Below, piece after piece: positions 48,480 to 58,504 of a stretch of DNA of 64,000 nt (positions are counted from its first letter, which is position 1; each line of letters starts with the position of its first letter). The stretch spans positions 64,142-128,141 of the forward strand of contig CAKZLE010000018.1 of the NCBI GenBank assembly GCA_937125225.1, in the 5' to 3' direction. This stretch comes from an uncultured Spirochaetia bacterium (lineage in GTDB: Bacteria > Spirochaetota > Spirochaetia > CAKZLE01). The notes below the pieces were generated by a model, which searched no databases, had not been told where the DNA came from, and saw nothing but the letters and a program-made list of their open reading frames with translations. Both the position numbers and the translations under genes were made by a program.

Positions 48480-49805
48480 ATGGGAAATGTGACAATGGAA
48501 AAATTAGTCTCTCTCTGTAAGAGAAGAGGGTTCGTATATCAGTCAAGTGAGATCTATGGTGGCCTTTCAGGTGCATGGGACTATGGTCCTTTGGGTGTTG
48601 AACTCAAGAACCGAGTAAGAGACTTCTGGTGGAAGGAGATGACACAACTCCACGACAACATCGTCGGGCTCGATGCGGCTATCATGATGCATCCGAAAGT
48701 CTGGGAGGCCTCAGGTCATATTGCCAACTTCACCGACCCTATGGTCGATTGTAAACAGTGTAAGAGTAGATTCCGTGCGGATCATATCGATCTGGAAGCT
48801 GCTTGTCCTGTTTGTGGGAACAAAGGAACCTTCACGGAACCCCGTGAGTTCAATCTGATGTTCTCTACCCACCTCGGACCGGTCAAAGATGATGCTAGTA
48901 CCGTGTACCTCAGACCTGAGACAGCACAGGGGATCTTCGTCAACTTCAAGAACGTCGTTCAGACCTCCCGAGTCAAAGTCCCTTTCGGTATCGCACAGGT
49001 CGGAAAAGCCTTCAGGAATGAGGTCACTACCAAGAACTTCATCTTCAGGACCTGTGAATTCGAACAGATGGAGATGCAGTTCTTCGTTCGTCCTGGAGAG
49101 GATGATACCTGGTTCAACTACTGGAAGAACTCTCGAATCAACTATTATGACAAGCTGGGAATCAGAAAAGACAAACTCAAATTCCACCAGCATGGTGAGA
49201 ATGAACTTGCTCATTATGCAAAAGATGCCTTCGATATCGAGTTCGAATTCCCTATGGGATGGCAGGAACTCGAAGGTATCCACTCGAGAACAGACTTCGA
49301 CCTGGGAAAGCATCAGGAGTTCTCCGGGAAAGATATGCAGTATCTTGATCCTACCGATAACAAACGTTATATCCCCTATGTCATCGAGACCTCCGCAGGG
49401 CTGACACGTTCAGTACTCATGGTCCTCTCTGATGCATATGAGGAGCAGGAGCTCGAGAACGGCGATACCCGTGTGGTCATGCACTTCCATCCAGAGGTTG
49501 CCCCCGTATCTGTAGCGGTCCTTCCCCTCGTGAAGAAAGATGGTATCGCAGATCTAGCCAAAGATATCGAGAAATCCTTGAGAGAGGATTTTACCACCTT
49601 CTATGACCAATCCGGCGCGATCGGTAGACGTTATCGAAGGATGGATGAGATCGGGACACCGTTCTGTATCACTGTGGATTATCAGAGTAAGGATGATCAG
49701 ACTGTGACCTTGAGATTCAGAGATTCTATGGAACAGATCCGTGTCCCTATCGCTGAGATCGGCGAAACGATGAGAAGATCGATCAAAGAATACAAACGAT
49801 CCTAA
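48480..49805 (+). CDS. glyQS: glycine--tRNA ligase (dimeric class II)
   Basis: RRGFVYQSSEIYGGLSGAWDYGPLG. Confidence 0.9.
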   Translation: MGNVTMEKLVSLCKRRGFVYQSSEIYGGLSGAWDYGPLGVELKNRVRDFWWKEMTQLHDNIVGLDAAIMMHPKVWEASGHIANFTDPMVDCKQCKSRFRADHIDLEAACPVCGNKGTFTEPREFNLMFSTHLGPVKDDASTVYLRPETAQGIFVNFKNVVQTSRVKVPFGIAQVGKAFRNEVTTKNFIFRTCEFEQMEMQFFVRPGEDDTWFNYWKNSRINYYDKLGIRKDKLKFHQHGENELAHYAKDAFDIEFEFPMGWQELEGIHSRTDFDLGKHQEFSGKDMQYLDPTDNKRYIPYVIETSAGLTRSVLMVLSDAYEEQELENGDTRVVMHFHPEVAPVSVAVLPLVKKDGIADLAKDIEKSLREDFTTFYDQSGAIGRRYRRMDEIGTPFCITVDYQSKDDQTVTLRFRDSMEQIRVPIAEIGETMRRSIKEYKRS

Positions 49806-49824
49806 TAGTGGAGTAGGTAGAGAT

Positions 49825-51081
49825 ATGAACAAAGCATTACAGGTCCTCAAGGACCGAGGATTCATAAAACAGTGTACCGACCTAGAGGCCCTCGATGCCC
49901 TCATGGAAAAAGGTCCGGTTAAATTCTACGTAGGGGTGGATCCTACGGGAAGTAGTCTTCATGTCGGTCATATGGTCCCATTCTTCGCGATGCACCATAT
50001 GCAGGAGGCAGGACACAATCCCATAGCCTTAGTCGGTGGTGGTACCTCCATGATCGGGGATCCCTCCGGTAAGACTGAGATGAGGAAGATGTTGACCATC
50101 GATCAGATCAATGAGAACGCCTCCTCGATCAGAGGTCAGCTTGGGACAGTCATCGACTTCGATGAGAATCGGGAGTCAGGAAAGGCAGTCATGCTCAATA
50201 ACTATGACTGGCTAGGTGGCCTCAACTACCTCGAGTTCCTTCGTGATATAGGAAAGCACTTCTCAGTGAACAGGATGCTCACTTTTGAATCATACAAACA
50301 GAGGCTCGAACGGGGTCTGTCCTTTATAGAGTTCAACTACCAGTTGCTGCAGTCCTATGACTTCCTGACACTATTTCGGGATGAGGGTTGTCGTCTACAG
50401 ATGGGTGGAGATGATCAATGGGGGAATATCGTAGCGGGAGTCGAACTCGTTAGACGTTGTGAGCGAGATGAGTGTTATGGACTGACTTTCCCATTGGTAT
50501 CAAGAGCTGATGGAAAGAAGATGGGTAAGACAGAGAAGGGAGCGGTTTTCCTCTCTCCTGAGCTGTTCTCCCCCTATGAGTTCTTCCAGTACTGGAGAAA
50601 TGTAGCAGATGCCGATGTGGTCAAGTTCCTCAAGATGTTCACCTTCCTCCCCCTAGAGGAGATCGATGAACTCGCAAAACTTGAAGATCAGGAGATCAAT
50701 AGAGCCAAAGAGATCCTTGCCTATGAACAGACGAAGATCATTCATGGGAAGGAAGAGGCCGATAAGGCTAGGGAGGCGGCAAAAGCTGCATTCTCTAACC
50801 AAGGTAGCGGAGTTGCTATCGACAGAGAGGCTATCCCTTCGGTAGAGATCCCTATGAGTGAACTTGCTGCTGGAATCAATGTCATGGACCTCTATGCCAG
50901 GACTGAACTCTGTAAGACCAAGAGTGATGCGAGACGTCTTGTCGTTCAAGGTGGAGCGACCATCGAGAACAAGAAGGTCTCAGGTATCGATGTCACGATC
51001 GATGATTCTTGGGTAAATGATGGAGAATTATTGCTTCGAGCTGGGAAAAAGCGTTATTTTAGAGTTGTACTTACCGATTAG
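49825..51081 (+). CDS. tyrS: tyrosine--tRNA ligase
   Basis: GVDPTGSSLHVGH, KMGKT, C-terminal S4 domain. Confidence 0.9.
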   Translation: MNKALQVLKDRGFIKQCTDLEALDALMEKGPVKFYVGVDPTGSSLHVGHMVPFFAMHHMQEAGHNPIALVGGGTSMIGDPSGKTEMRKMLTIDQINENASSIRGQLGTVIDFDENRESGKAVMLNNYDWLGGLNYLEFLRDIGKHFSVNRMLTFESYKQRLERGLSFIEFNYQLLQSYDFLTLFRDEGCRLQMGGDDQWGNIVAGVELVRRCERDECYGLTFPLVSRADGKKMGKTEKGAVFLSPELFSPYEFFQYWRNVADADVVKFLKMFTFLPLEEIDELAKLEDQEINRAKEILAYEQTKIIHGKEEADKAREAAKAAFSNQGSGVAIDREAIPSVEIPMSELAAGINVMDLYARTELCKTKSDARRLVVQGGATIENKKVSGIDVTIDDSWVNDGELLLRAGKKRYFRVVLTD

Positions 51082-51102
51082 TAGGTATAAGGAGTTGAAA
51101 TT

Positions 51103-52185
51103 ATGAAATGTAAGAATATATCTCTCATAGTACTTGTCCTACTGCTTGCGGTAGCACCGGTATTGTTTGCAGCTGGAGCCCAAGAAGAGGCCCCAGAACC
51201 AGAGCCGGTAGCACCTGTTGTAGAAGAACCTGCAGGACCGGAAGCTGCCCCAGTAGCAGAACAGACACCAAAAGCAACAGTATCAGGTGAGACTGTTGCA
51301 GTGAACATGGCCGTATTCAAAGGGCCCTCTGGGTTCGGTTTCGTGAAACTCATCGAAGAGGGTGCAGATCTCGTTGACGGTATCACCGTCGATACTCAGG
51401 TACTGCCTTCCCCAACAGAGGCGATCGCAAGACTTGCTTCGAATGAACTCGATGTGGTAGCTATGCCGATCAATGCAGCAGCATCGATCTACAATAAGGG
51501 GATCGATGTACGTCTAGCTGCAGTGACAGGAGAGGGTATGCTCTACCTGCTCAGTAATTCAGATACTATCACAACGGCTGTCAGCAGTGCTGCAGGAGCT
51601 GTGATCAATGTCCCAGGAGCGGGTTCAACACCTGAATATGTCCCAAAATATGTATTCGGTGAGAATGGTCTTGCAGTCGGAGATGGAGTCGAATTCGATT
51701 TCTCCCTGAATGTAGCACCACAACTTGCTCAGATGCTCATCGCCGGAAAGGTCGAGAGTGCGGTACTTCCTGAACCCTTCGCCACCATGGCAGAGACGAA
51801 AGGTGCCAATGTGAATAGGACTATCGATTTTCAGAGTGAATGGGCTAAGATCACCGGTAATGCGAATTATCCGATGACGGCGCTACTCATCAGAGGTGAG
51901 TTCATGAAAGAGAATCCTGATGCTGTCAGAGTCATCCGACTTGCAGTTGAGGACTCTATCGACTGGGTGAATGCTAACCCCTCAGATGCAGCTGTGCTCA
52001 TCGAGAAGCATGGTATTCTGACCGCAGCCCTCGCAGAGCCTGCGATCCCCAACTGTAATCTGATCTATATCGATGCCATGGATGCAAAAGACTCGATCGA
52101 AGCATATTTGACAGTATTAAAAGACTACGATGCTTCATCAATAGGAGGGGCCCTCCCTGATGAGGCCTTCTACCTGGCGAAATAG
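51103..52185 (+). CDS. ABC transporter substrate-binding protein, NMT1/SsuA/TauA-like
   Basis: Signal peptide, Ala/Pro/Glu-rich linker, NMT1-like domain. Followed by SsuC/SsuB-type components. Confidence 0.7.
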   Translation: MKCKNISLIVLVLLLAVAPVLFAAGAQEEAPEPEPVAPVVEEPAGPEAAPVAEQTPKATVSGETVAVNMAVFKGPSGFGFVKLIEEGADLVDGITVDTQVLPSPTEAIARLASNELDVVAMPINAAASIYNKGIDVRLAAVTGEGMLYLLSNSDTITTAVSSAAGAVINVPGAGSTPEYVPKYVFGENGLAVGDGVEFDFSLNVAPQLAQMLIAGKVESAVLPEPFATMAETKGANVNRTIDFQSEWAKITGNANYPMTALLIRGEFMKENPDAVRVIRLAVEDSIDWVNANPSDAAVLIEKHGILTAALAEPAIPNCNLIYIDAMDAKDSIEAYLTVLKDYDASSIGGALPDEAFYLAK

Positions 52186-52924
52186 TGTAATCACAACCAT
52201 CACCGTGGTGCTCCTGCTCATAATCTGGCAGGTAGCATCGGTCGTGATGGATATTCAGATCATACTTCCTCGGCCCCTCTCGGTAGCCGGGGAGTTCCTC
52301 TCATTCTTCACAGACTCCAACTCATGGCTTGCAATAGCTGCGACTATCATACGTGCATTACGAAGTTTTCTCTTGATCTGTCTAGCAGGGATCATTCTTG
52401 GTCTCGCTGGAGGTCAGAGTAGCATCATCCATGCAGCGATGAGACCCTTTCTCACCGTGATCAAGGCAACTCCAGTCCTCGCGATCATTCTCCTTGCCTT
52501 CATCTGGTTCAAGACCGGTACCGTTCCTGTCTTCTCGGCCTTTCTCATGGGCTTCCCCGTCCTGTATCAGAACATGATCATCGGGATGGAAAAACGTGAT
52601 GAAGGCCTTATGGCCATGGGTAGATCCTATGGTCTCAACAGCAGACAGATCCTCTTCAATATAACTATTCCCTCGATGCTTCCATTCATTCTTGCAGGGG
52701 CAAAAGCAGCCTTGGGTATGACTTGGAAGGTTGTGATCGCAGCCGAAGTCCTTACCGTCCCGAGGCAGGGGGTAGGTTCGAGTATGCAGTTCGCCCAGAT
52801 AAACCTTGATACGGCAAAGGTCATGGGGTGGACTATCGTTGCAATACTCCTCAATGCCTGTGGGGATCTTATCTTCGATGCACTTGTCTCAGGGATGAGA
52901 AGAAGAAGGGGAGGCCTACTTTGA
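52160..52924 (+). CDS. ABC transporter permease (SsuC/TauC-like)
   Basis: 6 TM, EAA-like loop. Confidence 0.8.
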   Translation: MRPSTWRNSVITTITVVLLLIIWQVASVVMDIQIILPRPLSVAGEFLSFFTDSNSWLAIAATIIRALRSFLLICLAGIILGLAGGQSSIIHAAMRPFLTVIKATPVLAIILLAFIWFKTGTVPVFSAFLMGFPVLYQNMIIGMEKRDEGLMAMGRSYGLNSRQILFNITIPSMLPFILAGAKAALGMTWKVVIAAEVLTVPRQGVGSSMQFAQINLDTAKVMGWTIVAILLNACGDLIFDALVSGMRRRRGGLL

Positions 52925-53667
52925 TCAAGATAGATGCTATCTCCAAGAGTTATGAGAGTGGTCAGGGAGCACTGACGGTATTCTCTGACTTTTCACTGAC
53001 CCTCGAAGAGAGGCAGATCGTTGCTCTGATAGGACCTTCAGGTTGTGGGAAGACGACACTGCTTCATATGCTTGCAGGAATGGAGAAAGTCGATTCAGGT
53101 TGCATAGAAGGTGTTCCGATAAGCTCTACGACGAATGTCGCAAGCCTCAGCTACCTTTTTCAGGAGCCGAGACTTCTTCCCTGGAAGACCTTGCATGAGA
53201 ATATCGAGTTAGTCCTTGAGAATCATATAGAGAAAAAGAGGGAGCGGGAAGTTCTCGTTAAGGAGTTCATCGATATCGTAGGTCTCGGTGGATTCGAACA
53301 TATGTATCCAAGAGAACTCTCAGGAGGAATGAGGCAAAGGGTTGCGATAGCACGAGCCTTTGCCTATCCTTCTCAGTTGATCCTGATGGATGAACCCTTT
53401 CAATCCCTTGATGCCGATCTCAAGTTCAATCTGATAGAGGCCTATCAGAACCTTTGGGCTCATACACCGAGGACTACACTGCTTGTGACCCATGATATCC
53501 AGGAGGCTCTACTGCTTGCTGATAAGGTTGTGGTACTCTCCCCGAGACCTGCACAGATCAGAGGCATCATCGATGTCGATGTGAGGCCGGAGGATAGAGT
53601 GGCAGGAAATAGGCGCATATGGGAGCTTGAGATGCATTATTATGAGAAATTCTCCCATAGGGGTTGA
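52921..53667 (+). CDS. ABC transporter ATP-binding protein (SsuB/TauB-like)
   Basis: TTG start with GGGGAGG RBS overlapping the permease stop. GPSGCGKTT, LSGGMRQRVAIARA. Confidence 0.8.
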   Translation: MIKIDAISKSYESGQGALTVFSDFSLTLEERQIVALIGPSGCGKTTLLHMLAGMEKVDSGCIEGVPISSTTNVASLSYLFQEPRLLPWKTLHENIELVLENHIEKKREREVLVKEFIDIVGLGGFEHMYPRELSGGMRQRVAIARAFAYPSQLILMDEPFQSLDADLKFNLIEAYQNLWAHTPRTTLLVTHDIQEALLLADKVVVLSPRPAQIRGIIDVDVRPEDRVAGNRRIWELEMHYYEKFSHRG

Positions 53668-53692
53668 CAATTCTCGCCTCAAATTATATACA
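53664..53692 (+). promoter_or_regulatory. sigma70-like promoter for tRNA-Phe
   Basis: TTGACA-17 nt-TATACA, ~20 nt upstream of the tRNA. Confidence 0.35.
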
Positions 53693-53712
53693 TTTCCTTG
53701 TCGTTAAGACAA

Positions 53713-53785
53713 GCCGCTGTAGCTCAGTCGGTAGAGCAGTGGACTGAAAATCCACGTGTCAAGGGTTCAATTCCCCTCGGCGGCA
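53713..53785 (+). tRNA. tRNA-Phe (anticodon GAA)
   Basis: GCCGCTGTAGCTCAGTCGGTAGAGCAG...CTGAAAA anticodon loop. Cloverleaf folds with one T-stem mismatch. No encoded CCA. Confidence 0.85.
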
Positions 53786-53786
53786 T

Positions 53787-53813
53787 AACCCACCTTTTAG
53801 GTGGGTTTTATTA
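53787..53813 (+). terminator. rho-independent terminator after tRNA-Phe
   Basis: AACCCACC-TTTTA-GGTGGGTT followed by TTATTAT. Confidence 0.6.
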
Positions 53814-54037
53814 TGCCCGAATCGCAATGAAGACAGAAGCCGAAAGTTCAGGAAGGGAAGAAGTCTCTTACAAGAATCTGTTAAACCAAGGTTGTAGTAA
53901 GGTCACCTAGAAGAGGACTTGAGTTTGAGAGAGGGCCTTCCGTAGGTACATGTCTCATTCACTAGATATTAAGAAAAGAACTAGATTCAACACCATTATC
54001 ACTTTGATAGGTATGCTATCTACTCACTGAGCCTTAA

Positions 54038-54067
54038 AAAGGACTGGAAGTAGTTTTCCAGTCCTTT
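54038..54067 (-). terminator. terminator hairpin downstream of the LuxR-type gene
   Basis: 12-bp stem AAAGGACTGGAA/TTCCAGTCCTTT with T-run on the minus strand. Confidence 0.5.
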
Positions 54068-54086
54068 AATCTATAGGAACTTGTTC

Positions 54087-54908
54087 CTAGTCCTCAATGT
54101 ATGAGAATTTGAAAAGGTCTATGAGTTGATGTCTGTCATCAACCCCAGCCTTATCGAAGATGTTCTTGATGTGTGATTTCACGGTGAAGATCTTGATACC
54201 TAATTTATCTGCGATCTCCTGATTCGAACTATGAGTCTTGCAGAGGATCTCTAAGATCTCAGCCTCTCTTGGTGTGAAAGGATAGTCTTTAGGATTCAGG
54301 GTATTCTTATCATATTTCTTCATCCGTTCTTTGATCTGAACTAATTTCTCTTTGGAATCTATCGCCATCTTGAAATAACGGTTAAGTTCATTTGTATAGA
54401 GGATAACGACCGAACCAAAACAGAAGCCGGAGAAGATCAGAGCAAACAGGCCACCTAGAGGATCTCCTACGAGATAAGAAGAGTACTGCATTGCTATAAC
54501 GAAGATCGATGTGAGAATGATCAGACCTCTTCTTCCGAACAGTCGATATTTTAAACCCATGAGTGCAGAAACGAAGATCAACTGCATTCCCCACTGACTT
54601 TTAGGTGTGGATAGTGTTGTTATAATAGCAAAAGATGTAGGACAGATGAACTGGGCGATCTTATTGATCTTTTCGAAATTGAAGGTGAATGAGGTGTTGA
54701 AGACAGTGATGACCCCAGAGTTCTTCTTACTCAATGACAGGATGATCAGTAGGAGTGCCAAGAAGAGGATGAGCCAATTCCACCAGGCGAACACATGGTC
54801 CCCTGCGTCATCTATGCCTGTTGAAGTAGTGATGAAATTGAGAACGAATACGACAAGGCCGATTATTCCGTACATCAGCCCGACGATCTTATAGTACTTT
54901 CTTTCCAT
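54087..54908 (-). CDS. membrane-anchored LuxR/GerE-type HTH transcriptional regulator
   Basis: Six N-terminal TMs then EILEILCKTHSSNQEIADKLGIKIFTVKSHIKNIF. ATG 54908 with GGGAGAA RBS. Confidence 0.6.
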   Translation of the reverse strand: MERKYYKIVGLMYGIIGLVVFVLNFITTSTGIDDAGDHVFAWWNWLILFLALLLIILSLSKKNSGVITVFNTSFTFNFEKINKIAQFICPTSFAIITTLSTPKSQWGMQLIFVSALMGLKYRLFGRRGLIILTSIFVIAMQYSSYLVGDPLGGLFALIFSGFCFGSVVILYTNELNRYFKMAIDSKEKLVQIKERMKKYDKNTLNPKDYPFTPREAEILEILCKTHSSNQEIADKLGIKIFTVKSHIKNIFDKAGVDDRHQLIDLFKFSYIED

Positions 54909-55467
54909 TTTGTGATTCTCCCATATGTATATTCTTCCAGGGGGTATCTTCGATCTCAGCCCTGGGAATGAATTGAGCATAGAGTGGCTCATACGGATAA
55001 TATTGATCGTTCATACTCTCTATGAGGGTATTAGGGTCCCACAACCCTGATACTATCGGATTATATTTACCTGTGATAACATCACGCTCTCTATCTCTTA
55101 TATAACCATGTATCATATTCATGACAATAAGTGCAATACCAGCTCTTTGAATTTCTTTAGAACCATGAGAGTAGGTCATGAGATTCATCAGTCGTTGAAA
55201 GGGGTCTCTGTCATCTGCTAGGTCATGTGAATAGAGATGTTTGGTCTCTGGTGATACTGAAAGGAGGTAGATGCTCAGAGAGCTGCAGGCATCTCTCTCT
55301 GGAGTGTCAGTCTCTGAGATGAAGGGGATCAATGTGATATGTTTAGCGATCATATTGTTTCTAAGTAGGAATCTGCGTTCTGGTATGAGTCTTAAAGCAG
55401 AACTGACCTGTTCAGTGATCTTATTCCAATGAACCTCGAAAAGTTCGGGTGTTACGGTTTCTCGCAT
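54889..55467 (-). CDS. hypothetical cytoplasmic protein (192 aa), co-transcribed with the LuxR-type gene
   Basis: ATG 55467 with AAAGGA RBS. 20-nt overlap with the downstream gene. No recognisable motif. Confidence 0.4.
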   Translation of the reverse strand: MRETVTPELFEVHWNKITEQVSSALRLIPERRFLLRNNMIAKHITLIPFISETDTPERDACSSLSIYLLSVSPETKHLYSHDLADDRDPFQRLMNLMTYSHGSKEIQRAGIALIVMNMIHGYIRDRERDVITGKYNPIVSGLWDPNTLIESMNDQYYPYEPLYAQFIPRAEIEDTPWKNIHMGESQNGKKVL

Positions 55468-55706
55468 GTCGAATCCTTTGATATGGCAAGTATTGTACCT
55501 AACTGTAAAGGGAAACTTGTGGTATTGCAAGTAATGAAGAATATAATATGAGCAAATCAGTCAATCAAAGGGAATCCACTTGGAAGAAGCATGCACTATT
55601 TCACTCTTGGTGAAGATGTTCTTCTTGTGAAAGGGCAATTCCACATAGTCTATAGATTCATGATCGATCCTTGAGGAACTCTTGAGTTCTGCCTATACTG
55701 TCATAC

Positions 55707-56162
55707 ATGAGAAGAGACGACAAAGAGATCACAGATAGAGTCCAGATCGACAGGATCATAACCAGATCAGAAGTCGTGAGGTTGGCGATGGTCAAAGGAT
55801 CCATCCCCTATATCATCCCTATGAACTTCGGGTATGATGGTCGATCGATCTTTCTTCATAGTGCTAGAGAGGGGCGAAAGATCGCCTTTCTTACCTCTGG
55901 GAATAGTGTATGCTTCGAGATGGAAACAGAAGTCTCACTCCTGTCGAATACAACTCGTGCCTGTTCTTGGAGTGCCCAGTTCAAGAGTGTCATCGGCTAT
56001 GGAAGCATCACAGAGCTCACTGCCCCTGAGGAGATGACCCACGGGCTTGATCAGATCATGGCTCATTACAGCTCTGAGGCCTGGGAATATCCTCAAGGAG
56101 CCTTGTCGACACTCAGAGTATGGAAACTGACAATCGATTCCGTGACAGGAAAACAGTCTTAA
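55707..56162 (+). CDS. pyridoxamine 5'-phosphate oxidase-like FMN-binding protein
   Basis: LAMVKGSIPYIIPMNFGYDGRSIFLHSA split-barrel pattern. Confidence 0.65.
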   Translation: MRRDDKEITDRVQIDRIITRSEVVRLAMVKGSIPYIIPMNFGYDGRSIFLHSAREGRKIAFLTSGNSVCFEMETEVSLLSNTTRACSWSAQFKSVIGYGSITELTAPEEMTHGLDQIMAHYSSEAWEYPQGALSTLRVWKLTIDSVTGKQS

Positions 56163-56243
56163 CTGACATTAACCGACAAATATGTATTTTCAAATTTACA
56201 AAATAACCCTTTTAATATGATAAAAACCGTGCTAAAGTGACAC

Positions 56244-57392
56244 ATGCCGACAAATAACCGTCAAAAGATAACAGAAGATACCGGTTTGCAGCGCAGTTCC
56301 AAGTTGACCCTTCAGGAGCAGTTGATAGCCATACTCAAAGATGCAATAGCTCAGGGAGTCTATCGCAAGGGAGACAGACTTCCCTCCGTACGAACTTTAG
56401 CTCAACAGTACAAAGTGAGTCGAGAGACTGCAAAACTTGCTATTGGAACCCTGCAGGAGTCAGGTCTTATTGAGATCCTACCAAGTCGAGGGGCTTTCGT
56501 ACTTGAAGATGGTATCGGGGATCCTAAGCAAACAGATTCAGGTATGGTCGGTGTACTCCTTCATATCGGAGATGAGGAGAATGCTGTCCATGATGTGCAG
56601 CTCATCTATGAGAAGCTCTTACAGAATCTTGATAACGAGGCAGATCAGTATGATCAGCATCTCCTTACCGCCTATATCAATCCATCGAGTCTAGAGGGGA
56701 TCGAACGACTTGATAGGATGCTACAGAAGGTAGATGGACTCATCGTGATAGGACTCTATACAGAGGAGTTTCTTAAGCGTCTTGAGACGTTGAGTGTCCC
56801 TGTCATCTCGATACTCTCGAATATCGACGTCGAAAGTATCGATGAGATCGGTTGTGAGAATCATAGGAGTTATCAGAAGGCGGCAGAGTATCTGATTGAA
56901 GAGGGCTGTAAAGAACTCATCTATATTGATGGACCTGAGGATTATTATCAGGGAAGTAGAAGATTCGAGGGGTGCAGGAGTGCTGTGAACAGTGGTGGTT
57001 CCACGGTAGTAGGTCTCACAAGACTTCATTCACCAGGATGGAACATGGAGGATGCTAAAGAGGTCTTTACAGATCTCCTGAAACAGCGTAGACCCGATGG
57101 TGTCCTTGCAGTCAATGACATCATGGCCGCAGGAATCCTTCAGGCCTGTAGAGAATCGGGATTGTCGGTCCCCTCTGACATAGCGGTGATTGGAGCGAAG
57201 AATACGATACTCGCACAAAGTGTGGATCCCCCACTAGCGAGTATCGAGTGTTATTTCGATGAGATAGCAAAAGTGGCTATCGAACGTATGAAGAAGAGAA
57301 TAACCGGTATCAGTTATAGGCCGGCGAAAATAGAGATCACAGGCTCTCTACAAGTGAGAGGGTCCTGTATGAAGAGAGGTATGACCAAATGA
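56244..57392 (+). CDS. GntR-family HTH regulator with LacI-type (PBP1) sugar-binding effector domain
   Basis: N-terminal GDRLPSVRTLAQQYKVSRETAKLAI. C-terminal LAVNDIMAAGILQA...IGAKN. Confidence 0.7.
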   Translation: MPTNNRQKITEDTGLQRSSKLTLQEQLIAILKDAIAQGVYRKGDRLPSVRTLAQQYKVSRETAKLAIGTLQESGLIEILPSRGAFVLEDGIGDPKQTDSGMVGVLLHIGDEENAVHDVQLIYEKLLQNLDNEADQYDQHLLTAYINPSSLEGIERLDRMLQKVDGLIVIGLYTEEFLKRLETLSVPVISILSNIDVESIDEIGCENHRSYQKAAEYLIEEGCKELIYIDGPEDYYQGSRRFEGCRSAVNSGGSTVVGLTRLHSPGWNMEDAKEVFTDLLKQRRPDGVLAVNDIMAAGILQACRESGLSVPSDIAVIGAKNTILAQSVDPPLASIECYFDEIAKVAIERMKKRITGISYRPAKIEITGSLQVRGSCMKRGMTK

Positions 57393-58504
57393 GTCTAATA
57401 GGACTAGATGGTGTCAGCGAACGGGCGAAAAAGCTCCACGAAGAGTCGGTCGTAGTCGATATTCATAACCATATGATGTTCGAATATGCGATTCATGAAG
57501 CTCTCGGGACTCCCGATATATTCGACACCTATTATGCACCTGCCCTGAAAGCAGGTGGAATCGATGTCATTGCGACATCTGTGGGGGGAAACTCTCCTTG
57601 TGTATGTAATCTTACCGATGATCTAGTACATGGCTCCTTAGAACAGATCGATATGCTCAGAAGAGCAGAAGAGAAGGGTTCTTCCTTCGCAATCTGTGAA
57701 TCAGCACAAGAGATCGAGGTAGCTGTAGCTGCAGGTAAGATAGCGATCCTTCTTGCTTTCGAGGGGGCAAGAGCTGCAGAGGGAATCGAGAACGAGGAAT
57801 CCCTGGTGATGCTTCGTTCCTTTTACAGGTTGGGGTTGAGAACGATCTGTATCGTCGGGGGAGCTAGAACGAGATTCGCCGATGGGATGGGTGAAGCCCG
57901 TGCTGAGGCGGGGATGACTACCTTCGGGCTTAGATTCATCGAGGAGATGAACAGACTCGGTATGCTCGTCGATCTGACCCATATGACTGAGAGATCCTTC
58001 ATGGATTCGATAGAAGCCTCAAGTAAACCAGTCGTAGTATCTCATATCGGAGTACAGGCTGCCTGTCCGAACCCCAATAATCTCAGCGATGAGAGGATCA
58101 AGGCTATCGGACGTAATGGTGGAGTCATCGGAATGGAGATGGTAAAGACTGAGATCTTGTGGGAGTACGAGAAATACAAACGACCGATCACCTGGGAGCA
58201 TGTGATCAGACATATCGATCACATCGCAGAACTCATCGGGACAGAACATATAGGATTGGGACTCGACTTCGATCATTTCAAGATGATCGATAATATTCAT
58301 CGGGCCATGTGTCCGGCTCCTGGTACGATCGAGGGGTTCTATACGGGTATCCCGAAAGAGAACCATATGCTCGATGAACCTAATGATTTATGGGAGGCTC
58401 CCTTGATCACCGAATACATGCTTCGTCACGGGTATAGTGACTACGAAGTTAAAATGATACTGGGCGGGAACATGATGAGACTGCTGAAGGAGACAATATG
58501 GTAG
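57389..58504 (+). CDS. membrane dipeptidase, peptidase family M19
   Basis: VVDIHNH, HMTERS, GLDFDH metal-ligand blocks. Confidence 0.8.
   Translation: MSLIGLDGVSERAKKLHEESVVVDIHNHMMFEYAIHEALGTPDIFDTYYAPALKAGGIDVIATSVGGNSPCVCNLTDDLVHGSLEQIDMLRRAEEKGSSFAICESAQEIEVAVAAGKIAILLAFEGARAAEGIENEESLVMLRSFYRLGLRTICIVGGARTRFADGMGEARAEAGMTTFGLRFIEEMNRLGMLVDLTHMTERSFMDSIEASSKPVVVSHIGVQAACPNPNNLSDERIKAIGRNGGVIGMEMVKTEILWEYEKYKRPITWEHVIRHIDHIAELIGTEHIGLGLDFDHFKMIDNIHRAMCPAPGTIEGFYTGIPKENHMLDEPNDLWEAPLITEYMLRHGYSDYEVKMILGGNMMRLLKETIW

Noticed and set aside
51078-51386. 102-aa minus ORF, Ala/Gly/Ser-rich
   Set aside because: Antisense to the Ala/Pro/Glu-rich linker of the substrate-binding-protein gene. Artefact of biased composition.
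53698-53910. 70-aa + ORF
   Set aside because: Spans tRNA-Phe and its terminator, so it cannot be coding.
56172-56256. Direct repeat ACCGACAAATA upstream of and inside the start of the GntR/LacI-hybrid gene
   Set aside because: Only 10-11 nt, one copy within coding sequence. Likely chance.
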